Assembly (NCBI RefSeq): GCF_009914755.1
Contig: NC_060942.1
Direction: 5' to 3' (one strand)
Length of the DNA stretch: 64,000 nucleotides
DNA from: the human T2T-CHM13v2.0 reference genome, Homo sapiens
How positions within the stretch are numbered: the stretch's first letter is position 1; every line of letters starts with the position of its first letter. The notes under the pieces are model-generated. The model ran no database searches, was not told where the DNA came from, and was given only the letters and a program-made list of their open reading frames with translations. A program made the translations under genes and the position numbers. Positions 1 to 10,700 of this stretch are shown here, piece after piece.

Positions 1-59
1 CAGTTTTGAAACACTCTTTTTGTGGAATCTGCAAGTGGCTATTTGGCTAGATTTGAGGA

Positions 60-76
60 TTTCGTTGGAAACGGGA
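60..76 (+). other. CENP-B box, canonical (TTTCGTTGGAAACGGGA); recurs in every HOR
   Basis: Exact match to the established consensus YTTCGTTGGAARCGGGA. Confidence 0.97.
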
Positions 77-226
77 TTACATATAAAAAGCAGTCAGCAG
101 CATTCTCAGAAAGTTCTTTGTGATGATTGCATTCAAGTCACAGAATTGAACATTCCCTTTCACAGAGCAGGTTTGAAACACTCTTTTTGTAGTGTGTGTA
201 AGTGGACATTTGGAGCACTTACCGGC

Positions 227-243
227 CTAAGGTGAAAAAGGAA
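227..243 (+). other. pJalpha-like box in an A-type monomer (CTAAGGTGAAAAAGGAA)
   Basis: One mismatch to the recalled pJalpha motif CTAYGGTGRAAAAGGAA, at the position homologous to the CENP-B box. Confidence 0.75.
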
Positions 244-398
244 ATAATCTTCCCATAAAAACTAGACAGAAGCATTCTCAGAAACTTACTCGTGATGTGT
301 GTCCTCAACTAAAGGAGTAGAACCTTTCTTTTCATAGAGAAGTTTTGAAACGCTCTTTTTGTGGAATCTGCAAGTGGATATTTGGCTAGTTTTGAGGA

Positions 399-415
399 TT
401 TCGTTGGAAGCGGGA
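399..415 (+). other. CENP-B box, canonical (TTTCGTTGGAAGCGGGA), overlapping the EcoRI site at 414-419
   Basis: Exact consensus match. Confidence 0.97.
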
Positions 416-736
416 ATTCATACAAATTGCAGACTGCAGCGTTCTGAGAAACAACTTTGTGATGTTTGTATTCAGGACACAGAGTTGAACATTCCCTATC
501 ATAGAGCAGGTTTGAATCACTCCTTTTGTAGTATCTGGAAGTGGACATTTGGAGCGCTTTCAGGCCTATGTTGGAAAAGGAAATATCTTCCCATAACAAC
601 TAGACAGAAGCATTCTCAGAAACTTATTTGAGATGTGTGTACTCAACTAAGAGAATTGAACCACCGTTTTGAAGGAGCAGTTTTGAAACTCTCTTTTTCT
701 GGAATCTGCAAGTGGATATTTGGCTAGCTTTGGGGA

Positions 737-753
737 TTTCGCTGGAAGCGGGA
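737..753 (+). other. CENP-B box variant (TTTCGCTGGAAGCGGGA), essential bases intact
   Basis: One change at a non-essential position; matches the core NTTCGNNNNANNCGGGN. Confidence 0.9.
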
Positions 754-902
754 ATACATATAAAAAGCACACAGCAGCGTTCTGAGAAACTGCTTTCTGA
801 TGTTTGCATTCAAGTCAAAAGTTGAACACTCCCTTTCATAGAGCAGTCCTGAAACACCCCTTTTGTAGTATCTGGAACTGGACTTTTGGAGCGATTTCAG
901 GG

Positions 903-919
903 CTAAGGTGAAAAAGGAA
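903..919 (+). other. Second pJalpha-like box (CTAAGGTGAAAAAGGAA)
   Basis: Identical 17-mer to 227-243, 676 bp downstream. Confidence 0.75.
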
Positions 920-1073
920 ATATCTTCCCATAAAAACTGGACAGAAGCATTCTCAGAAACTTGTTTATGCTGTATCTACTCAACTAACAAAGTTGAACCT
1001 TTCTTTTGATAGAGCAGTTTTGAAATGGTCTTTTTGTGGAATCTGCAAGTGGATATTTGGCTAGTTTTGAGGA

Positions 1074-1090
1074 TTTCGTTGGAAGCGGGA
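1074..1090 (+). other. CENP-B box, canonical (TTTCGTTGGAAGCGGGA), overlapping the EcoRI site at 1089-1094
   Basis: Exact consensus match. Confidence 0.97.
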
Positions 1091-1411
1091 ATTCATACAA
1101 ATTGCAGACTGCAGCGTTCTGAGAAACATCTTTGTGATGTTTGTATTCAGGACACAGAGTTGAACATTCCCTATCATAGAGCAGGTTGGAATCACTCCTT
1201 TTGTAGTATCTGGAAGTGGACATTTGGAGCGCTTTCAGGCCTATTTTGGAAAGGGAAATATCTTCCCGTAACAACTATGCAGAAGCATTCTCAGAAACTT
1301 GTTTGTGATGTGTGCCCTCTACTGACAGAGTTGAACCTTTCTTTTCATAGAGCAGTTTTGAAACACTCTTTTTGTAGAATCTGCAAGAGGATATTTGCAT
1401 AGCTTTGAGGA

Positions 1412-1428
1412 TTTCGTGGGAAACGGGA
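1412..1428 (+). other. CENP-B box variant (TTTCGTGGGAAACGGGA), essential bases intact
   Basis: One change at a non-essential position; matches the core NTTCGNNNNANNCGGGN. Confidence 0.9.
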
Positions 1429-1753
1429 TTGTCTTCAGGTAAAATCTAGACAGAAGCATTCTCAGAAACTTCTTTGGGATGTTTGCATTCAAGTCACAGA
1501 GTAGAACATTCCCTTTGGTAGAGCAGGTTTGAAACACTCTTTTTGTAGTATCTGGAAGTGGACATTTGGAGCGCTTTCAGGCCCATGTTGGAAAGGGAAA
1601 TATCTTCCCGTAACAACTAGGCAGAAGCATTCTCAGAAACTTATTTGAGATGTGTGTACTCAACTAAGAGAATTGAACCACCGTTTTGAAGGAGCAGTTT
1701 TGAAACACTCTTTTTCTGGAATCTGCAAGAGTATATTTGCCTAGCCTTGAGGA

Positions 1754-1770
1754 TTTCGTTGGAAACGGGA
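1754..1770 (+). other. CENP-B box, canonical (TTTCGTTGGAAACGGGA)
   Basis: Exact consensus match. Confidence 0.97.
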
Positions 1771-4700
1771 TTGTCTTCAGAGAAAATCTAGACAGAAGCA
1801 TTCTCAGAAACTTCTTTGGGATGCTTGCATTCAAGTCACAGAGTAGAACATTCCCTTTGGTAGAGCAGGTTTGAAACACTCTTTTTGTAGTATCTGGAAG
1901 TGGACATTTGGAGCGCTTTCAGGCCTACGTTGGAAAAGGAAATATCTTCCCATAACAACTAGACAGAAGCATTCTCAGAAACTAGTTTCTGATGTGTGTC
2001 CTCAACTAACACAGTTGAACATTTCTTTAGACAGAACAGTTTTGAAACACTCTTTTTGTGGAATCTGCAAGTGGCTATTTGGCTAGATTTGAGGATTTCG
2101 TTGGAAACGGGATTACATATAAAAAGCAGTCAGCGGCATTCTCAGAAAGTTCTTTGTGATGATTGCATTCAAGTCACAGAATTGAACATTCCCTTTCACA
2201 GAGCAGGTTTGAAACACTCTTTTTGTAGTGTGTGTAAGTGGACATTTGGAGCACTTACCGGCCTAAGGTGAAAAAGGAAATAATCTTCCCATAAAAACTA
2301 GACAGAAGCATTCTCAGAAACTTACTCGTGATGTGTGTCCTCAACTAAAGGAGTAGAACCTTTCTTTTCATAGAGAAGTTTTGAAACGCTCTTTTTGTGG
2401 AATCTGCAAGTGGATATTTGGCTAGTTTTGAGGATTTCGTTGGAAGCGGGAATTCATACAAATTGCAGACTGCAGCGTTCTGAGAAACATCTTTGTGATG
2501 TTTGTATTCAGGACACAGAGTTGAACATTCCCTATCATAGAGCAGGTTTGAATCACTCCTTTTGTAGTATCTGGAAGTGGACATTTGGAGCGCTTTCAGG
2601 CCTATGTTGGAAAAGGAAATATCTTCCCATAACAACTAGACAGAAGCATTCTCAGAAACTTATTTGAGATGTGTGTACTCAACTAAGAGAATTGAACCAC
2701 CGTTTTGAAGGAGCAGTTTTGAAACTCTCTTTTTCTGGAATCTGCAAGTGGATATTTGGCTAGCTTTGGGGATTTCGCTGGAAGCGGGAATACATATAAA
2801 AAGCACACAGCAGCGTTCTGAGAAACTGCTTTCTGATGTTTGCATTCAAGTCAAAAGTTGAACACTCCCTTTCATAGAGCAGTCCTGAAACACCCCTTTT
2901 GTAGTATCTGGAACTGGACTTTTGGAGCGATTTCAGGGCTAAGGTGAAAAAGGAAATATCTTCCCATAAAAACTGGACAGAAGCATTCTCAGAAACTTGT
3001 TTATGCTGTATCTACTCAACTAACAAAGTTGAACCTTTCTTTTGATAGAGCAGTTTTGAAATGGTCTTTTTGTGGAATCTGCAAGTGGATATTTGGCTAG
3101 TTTTGAGGATTTCGTTGGAAGCGGGAATTCATACAAATTGCAGACTGCAGCGTTCTGAGAAACATCTTTGTGATGTTTGTATTCAGGACACAGAGTTGAA
3201 CATTCCCTATCATAGAGCAGGTTGGAATCACTCCTTTTGTAGTATCTGGAAGTGGACATTTGGAGCGCTTTCAGGCCTATTTTGGAAAGGGAAATATCTT
3301 CCCGTAACAACTATGCAGAAGCATTCTCAGAAACTTGTTTGTGATGTGTGCCCTCTACTGACAGAGTTGAACCTTTCTTTTCATAGAGCAGTTTTGAAAC
3401 ACTCTTTTTGTAGAATCTGCAAGAGGATATTTGCATAGCTTTGAGGATTTCGTGGGAAACGGGATTGTCTTCAGGTAAAATCTAGACAGAAGCATTCTCA
3501 GAAACTTCTTTGGGATGTTTGCATTCAAGTCACAGAGTAGAACATTCCCTTTGGTAGAGCAGGTTTGAAACACTCTTTTTGTAGTATCTGGAAGTGGACA
3601 TTTGGAGCGCTTTCAGGCCCATGTTGGAAAGGGAAATATCTTCCCGTAACAACTAGGCAGAAGCATTCTCAGAAACTTATTTGAGATGTGTGTACTCAAC
3701 TAAGAGAATTGAACCACCGTTTTGAAGGAGCAGTTTTGAAACACTCTTTTTCTGGAATCTGCAAGAGTATATTTGCCTAGCCTTGAGGATTTCGTTGGAA
3801 ACGGGATTGTCTTCAGAGAAAATCTAGACAGAAGCATTCTCAGAAACTTCTTTGGGATGCTTGCATTCAAGTCACAGAGTAGAACATTCCCTTTGGTAGA
3901 GCAGGTTTGAAACACTCTTTTTGTAGTATCTGGAAGTGGACATTTGGAGCGCTTTCAGGCCTACGTTGGAAAAGGAAATATCTTCCCATAACAACTAGAC
4001 AGAAGCATTCTCAGAAACTAGTTTCTGATGTGTGTCCTCAACTAACACAGTTGAACATTTCTTTAGACAGAACAGTTTTGAAACACTCTTTTTGTGGAAT
4101 CTGCAAGTGGCTATTTGGCTAGATTTGAGGATTTCGTTGGAAACGGGATTACATATAAAAAGCAGTCAGCGGCATTCTCAGAAAGTTCTTTGTGATGATT
4201 GCATTCAAGTCACAGAATTGAACATTCCCTTTCACAGAGCAGGTTTGAAACACTCTTTTTGTAGTGTGTGTAAGTGGACATTTGGAGCACTTACCGGCCT
4301 AAGGTGAAAAAGGAAATAATCTTCCCATAAAAACTAGACAGAAGCATTCTCAGAAACTTACTCGTGATGTGTGTCCTCAACTAAAGGAGTAGAACCTTTC
4401 TTTTCATAGAGAAGTTTTGAAACGCTCTTTTTGTGGAATCTGCAAGTGGATATTTGGCTAGTTTTGAGGATTTCGTTGGAAGCGGGAATTCATACAAATT
4501 GCAGACTGCAGCGTTCTGAGAAACATCTTTGTGATGTTTGTATTCAGGACACAGAGTTGAACATTCCCTATCATAGAGCAGGTTTGAATCACTCCTTTTG
4601 TAGTATCTGGAAGTGGACATTTGGAGCGCTTTCAGGCCTATGTTGGAAAAGGAAATATCTTCCCATAACAACTAGACAGAAGCATTCTCAGAAACTTATT

Positions 4701-7700
4701 TGAGATGTGTGTACTCAACTAAGAGAATTGAACCACCGTTTTGAAGGAGCAGTTTTGAAACTCTCTTTTTCTGGAATCTGCAAGTGGATATTTGGCTAGC
4801 TTTGGGGATTTCGCTGGAAGCGGGAATACATATAAAAAGCACACAGCAGCGTTCTGAGAAACTGCTTTCTGATGTTTGCATTCAAGTCAAAAGTTGAACA
4901 CTCCCTTTCATAGAGCAGTCCTGAAACACCCCTTTTGTAGTATCTGGAACTGGACTTTTGGAGCGATTTCAGGGCTAAGGTGAAAAAGGAAATATCTTCC
5001 CATAAAAACTGGACAGAAGCATTCTCAGAAACTTGTTTATGCTGTATCTACTCAACTAACAAAGTTGAACCTTTCTTTTGATAGAGCAGTTTTGAAATGG
5101 TCTTTTTGTGGAATCTGCAAGTGGATATTTGGCTAGTTTTGAGGATTTCGTTGGAAGCGGGAATTCATACAAATTGCAGACTGCAGCGTTCTGAGAAACA
5201 TCTTTGTGATGTTTGTATTCAGGACACAGAGTTGAACATTCCCTATCATAGAGCAGGTTGGAATCACTCCTTTTGTAGTATCTGGAAGTGGACATTTGGA
5301 GCGCTTTCAGGCCTATTTTGGAAAGGGAAATATCTTCCCGTAACAACTATGCAGAAGCATTCTCAGAAACTTGTTTGTGATGTGTGCCCTCTACTGACAG
5401 AGTTGAACCTTTCTTTTCATAGAGCAGTTTTGAAACACTCTTTTTGTAGAATCTGCAAGAGGATATTTGCATAGCTTTGAGGATTTCGTGGGAAACGGGA
5501 TTGTCTTCAGGTAAAATCTAGACAGAAGCATTCTCAGAAACTTCTTTGGGATGTTTGCATTCAAGTCACAGAGTAGAACATTCCCTTTGGTAGAGCAGGT
5601 TTGAAACACTCTTTTTGTAGTATCTGGAAGTGGACATTTGGAGCGCTTTCAGGCCCATGTTGGAAAGGGAAATATCTTCCCGTAACAACTAGGCAGAAGC
5701 ATTCTCAGAAACTTATTTGAGATGTGTGTACTCAACTAAGAGAATTGAACCACCGTTTTGAAGGAGCAGTTTTGAAACACTCTTTTTCTGGAATCTGCAA
5801 GAGTATATTTGCCTAGCCTTGAGGATTTCGTTGGAAACGGGATTGTCTTCAGAGAAAATCTAGACAGAAGCATTCTCAGAAACTTCTTTGGGATGCTTGC
5901 ATTCAAGTCACAGAGTAGAACATTCCCTTTGGTAGAGCAGGTTTGAAACACTCTTTTTGTAGTATCTGGAAGTGGACATTTGGAGCGCTTTCAGGCCTAC
6001 GTTGGAAAAGGAAATATCTTCCCATAACAACTAGACAGAAGCATTCTCAGAAACTAGTTTCTGATGTGTGTCCTCAACTAACACAGTTGAACATTTCTTT
6101 AGACAGAACAGTTTTGAAACACTCTTTTTGTGGAATCTGCAAGTGGCTATTTGGCTAGATTTGAGGATTTCGTTGGAAACGGGATTACATATAAAAAGCA
6201 GTCAGCGGCATTCTCAGAAAGTTCTTTGTGATGATTGCATTCAAGTCACAGAATTGAACATTCCCTTTCACAGAGCAGGTTTGAAACACTCTTTTTGTAG
6301 TGTGTGTAAGTGGACATTTGGAGCACTTACCGGCCTAAGGTGAAAAAGGAAATAATCTTCCCATAAAAACTAGACAGAAGCATTCTCAGAAACTTACTCG
6401 TGATGTGTGTCCTCAACTAAAGGAGTAGAACCTTTCTTTTCATAGAGAAGTTTTGAAACGCTCTTTTTGTGGAATCTGCAAGTGGATATTTGGCTAGTTT
6501 TGAGGATTTCGTTGGAAGCGGGAATTCATACAAATTGCAGACTGCAGCGTTCTGAGAAACATCTTTGTGATGTTTGTATTCAGGACACAGAGTTGAACAT
6601 TCCCTATCATAGAGCAGGTTTGAATCACTCCTTTTGTAGTATCTGGAAGTGGACATTTGGAGCGCTTTCAGGCCTATGTTGGAAAAGGAAATATCTTCCC
6701 ATAACAACTAGACAGAAGCATTCTCAGAAACTTATTTGAGATGTGTGTACTCAACTAAGAGAATTGAACCACCGTTTTGAAGGAGCAGTTTTGAAACTCT
6801 CTTTTTCTGGAATCTGCAAGTGGATATTTGGCTAGCTTTGGGGATTTCGCTGGAAGCGGGAATACATATAAAAAGCACACAGCAGCGTTCTGAGAAACTG
6901 CTTTCTGATGTTTGCATTCAAGTCAAAAGTTGAACACTCCCTTTCATAGAGCAGTCCTGAAACACCCCTTTTGTAGTATCTGGAACTGGACTTTTGGAGC
7001 GATTTCAGGGCTAAGGTGAAAAAGGAAATATCTTCCCATAAAAACTGGACAGAAGCATTCTCAGAAACTTGTTTATGCTGTATCTACTCAACTAACAAAG
7101 TTGAACCTTTCTTTTGATAGAGCAGTTTTGAAATGGTCTTTTTGTGGAATCTGCAAGTGGATATTTGGCTAGTTTTGAGGATTTCGTTGGAAGCGGGAAT
7201 TCATACAAATTGCAGACTGCAGCGTTCTGAGAAACATCTTTGTGATGTTTGTATTCAGGACACAGAGTTGAACATTCCCTATCATAGAGCAGGTTGGAAT
7301 CACTCCTTTTGTAGTATCTGGAAGTGGACATTTGGAGCGCTTTCAGGCCTATTTTGGAAAGGGAAATATCTTCCCGTAACAACTATGCAGAAGCATTCTC
7401 AGAAACTTGTTTGTGATGTGTGCCCTCTACTGACAGAGTTGAACCTTTCTTTTCATAGAGCAGTTTTGAAACACTCTTTTTGTAGAATCTGCAAGAGGAT
7501 ATTTGCATAGCTTTGAGGATTTCGTGGGAAACGGGATTGTCTTCAGGTAAAATCTAGACAGAAGCATTCTCAGAAACTTCTTTGGGATGTTTGCATTCAA
7601 GTCACAGAGTAGAACATTCCCTTTGGTAGAGCAGGTTTGAAACACTCTTTTTGTAGTATCTGGAAGTGGACATTTGGAGCGCTTTCAGGCCCATGTTGGA

Positions 7701-10700
7701 AAGGGAAATATCTTCCCGTAACAACTAGGCAGAAGCATTCTCAGAAACTTATTTGAGATGTGTGTACTCAACTAAGAGAATTGAACCACCGTTTTGAAGG
7801 AGCAGTTTTGAAACACTCTTTTTCTGGAATCTGCAAGAGTATATTTGCCTAGCCTTGAGGATTTCGTTGGAAACGGGATTGTCTTCAGAGAAAATCTAGA
7901 CAGAAGCATTCTCAGAAACTTCTTTGGGATGCTTGCATTCAAGTCACAGAGTAGAACATTCCCTTTGGTAGAGCAGGTTTGAAACACTCTTTTTTTAGTA
8001 TCTGGAAGTGGACATTTGGAGCGCTTTCAGGCCTACGTTGGAAAAGGAAATATCTTCCCATAACAACTAGACAGAAGCATTCTCAGAAACTAGTTTCTGA
8101 TGTGTGTCCTCAACTAACACAGTTGAACATTTCTTTAGACAGAACAGTTTTGAAACACTCTTTTTGTGGAATCTGCAAGTGGCTATTTGGCTAGATTTGA
8201 GGATTTCGTTGGAAACGGGATTACATATAAAAAGCAGTCAGCGGCATTCTCAGAAAGTTCTTTGTGATGATTGCATTCAAGTCACAGAATTGAACATTCC
8301 CTTTCACAGAGCAGGTTTGAAACACTCTTTTTGTAGTGTGTGTAAGTGGACATTTGGAGCACTTACCGGCCTAAGGTGAAAAAGGAAATAATCTTCCCAT
8401 AAAAACTAGACAGAAGCATTCTCAGAAACTTACTCGTGATGTGTGTCCTCAACTAAAGGAGTAGAACCTTTCTTTTCATAGAGAAGTTTTGAAACGCTCT
8501 TTTTGTGGAATCTGCAAGTGGATATTTGGCTAGTTTTGAGGATTTCGTTGGAAGCGGGAATTCATACAAATTGCAGACTGCAGCGTTCTGAGAAACATCT
8601 TTGTGATGTTTGTATTCAGGACACAGAGTTGAACATTCCCTATCATAGAGCAGGTTTGAATCACTCCTTTTGTAGTATCTGGAAGTGGACATTTGGAGCG
8701 CTTTCAGGCCTATGTTGGAAAAGGAAATATCTTCCCATAACAACTAGACAGAAGCATTCTCAGAAACTTATTTGAGATGTGTGTACTCAACTAAGAGAAT
8801 TGAACCACCGTTTTGAAGGAGCAGTTTTGAAACTCTCTTTTTCTGGAATCTGCAAGTGGATATTTGGCTAGCTTTGGGGATTTCGCTGGAAGCGGGAATA
8901 CATATAAAAAGCACACAGCAGCGTTCTGAGAAACTGCTTTCTGATGTTTGCATTCAAGTCAAAAGTTGAACACTCCCTTTCATAGAGCAGTCCTGAAACA
9001 CCCCTTTTGTAGTATCTGGAACTGGACTTTTGGAGCGATTTCAGGGCTAAGGTGAAAAAGGAAATATCTTCCCATAAAAACTGGACAGAAGCATTCTCAG
9101 AAACTTGTTTATGCTGTATCTACTCAACTAACAAAGTTGAACCTTTCTTTTGATAGAGCAGTTTTGAAATGGTCTTTTTGTGGAATCTGCAAGTGGATAT
9201 TTGGCTAGTTTTGAGGATTTCGTTGGAAGCGGGAATTCATACAAATTGCAGACTGCAGCGTTCTGAGAAACATCTTTGTGATGTTTGTATTCAGGACACA
9301 GAGTTGAACATTCCCTATCATAGAGCAGGTTGGAATCACTCCTTTTGTAGTATCTGGAAGTGGACATTTGGAGCGCTTTCAGGCCTATTTTGGAAAGGGA
9401 AATATCTTCCCGTAACAACTATGCAGAAGCATTCTCAGAAACTTGTTTGTGATGTGTGCCCTCTACTGACAGAGTTGAACCTTTCTTTTCATAGAGCAGT
9501 TTTGAAACACTCTTTTTGTAGAATCTGCAAGAGGATATTTGCATAGCTTTGAGGATTTCGTGGGAAACGGGATTGTCTTCAGGTAAAATCTAGACAGAAG
9601 CATTCTCAGAAACTTCTTTGGGATGTTTGCATTCAAGTCACAGAGTAGAACATTCCCTTTGGTAGAGCAGGTTTGAAACACTCTTTTTGTAGTATCTGGA
9701 AGTGGACATTTGGAGCGCTTTCAGGCCCATGTTGGAAAGGGAAATATCTTCCCGTAACAACTAGGCAGAAGCATTCTCAGAAACTTATTTGAGATGTGTG
9801 TACTCAACTAAGAGAATTGAACCACCGTTTTGAAGGAGCAGTTTTGAAACACTCTTTTTCTGGAATCTGCAAGAGTATATTTGCCTAGCCTTGAGGATTT
9901 CGTTGGAAACGGGATTGTCTTCAGAGAAAATCTAGACAGAAGCATTCTCAGAAACTTCTTTGGGATGCTTGCATTCAAGTCACAGAGTAGAACATTCCCT
10001 TTGGTAGAGCAGGTTTGAAACACTCTTTTTTTAGTATCTGGAAGTGGACATTTGGAGCGCTTTCAGGCCTACGTTGGAAAAGGAAATATCTTCCCATAAC
10101 AACTAGACAGAAGCATTCTCAGAAACTAGTTTCTGATGTGTGTCCTCAACTAACACAGTTGAACATTTCTTTAGACAGAACAGTTTTGAAACACTCTTTT
10201 TGTGGAATCTGCAAGTGGCTATTTGGCTAGATTTGAGGATTTCGTTGGAAACGGGATTACATATAAAAAGCAGTCAGCGGCATTCTCAGAAAGTTCTTTG
10301 TGATGATTGCATTCAAGTCACAGAATTGAACATTCCCTTTCACAGAGCAGGTTTGAAACACTCTTTTTGTAGTGTGTGTAAGTGGACATTTGGAGCACTT
10401 ACCGGCCTAAGGTGAAAAAGGAAATAATCTTCCCATAAAAACTAGACAGAAGCATTCTCAGAAACTTACTCGTGATGTGTGTCCTCAACTAAAGGAGTAG
10501 AACCTTTCTTTTCATAGAGAAGTTTTGAAACGCTCTTTTTGTGGAATCTGCAAGTGGATATTTGGCTAGTTTTGAGGATTTCGTTGGAAGCGGGAATTCA
10601 TACAAATTGCAGACTGCAGCGTTCTGAGAAACATCTTTGTGATGTTTGTATTCAGGACACAGAGTTGAACATTCCCTATCATAGAGCAGGTTTGAATCAC

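Larger units (their letters stand above)
101..2136 (+). repeat. One full HOR unit (12 monomers)
   Basis: Monomer landmarks fall at 101, 273, 440, 611, 778, 948, 1115, 1286, 1457, 1628, 1799 and 1970, with the next at 2137. Lengths are 172,167,171,167,170,167,171,171,171,171,171,167, summing to 2036. Confidence 0.97.

Noticed and set aside
81-90. TATAAAAA TATA-like motif downstream of a CENP-B box (also near 759)
   Set aside because: Such motifs are expected by chance in AT-rich satellite, and no promoter context or transcript evidence is available from sequence.
103-111. TTCTCAGAA / TTCTGAGAA interrupted palindrome in every monomer, matching the STAT motif TTCNNNGAA
   Set aside because: It is a generic alphoid consensus segment. 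A short motif match in satellite DNA is not evidence of regulation.
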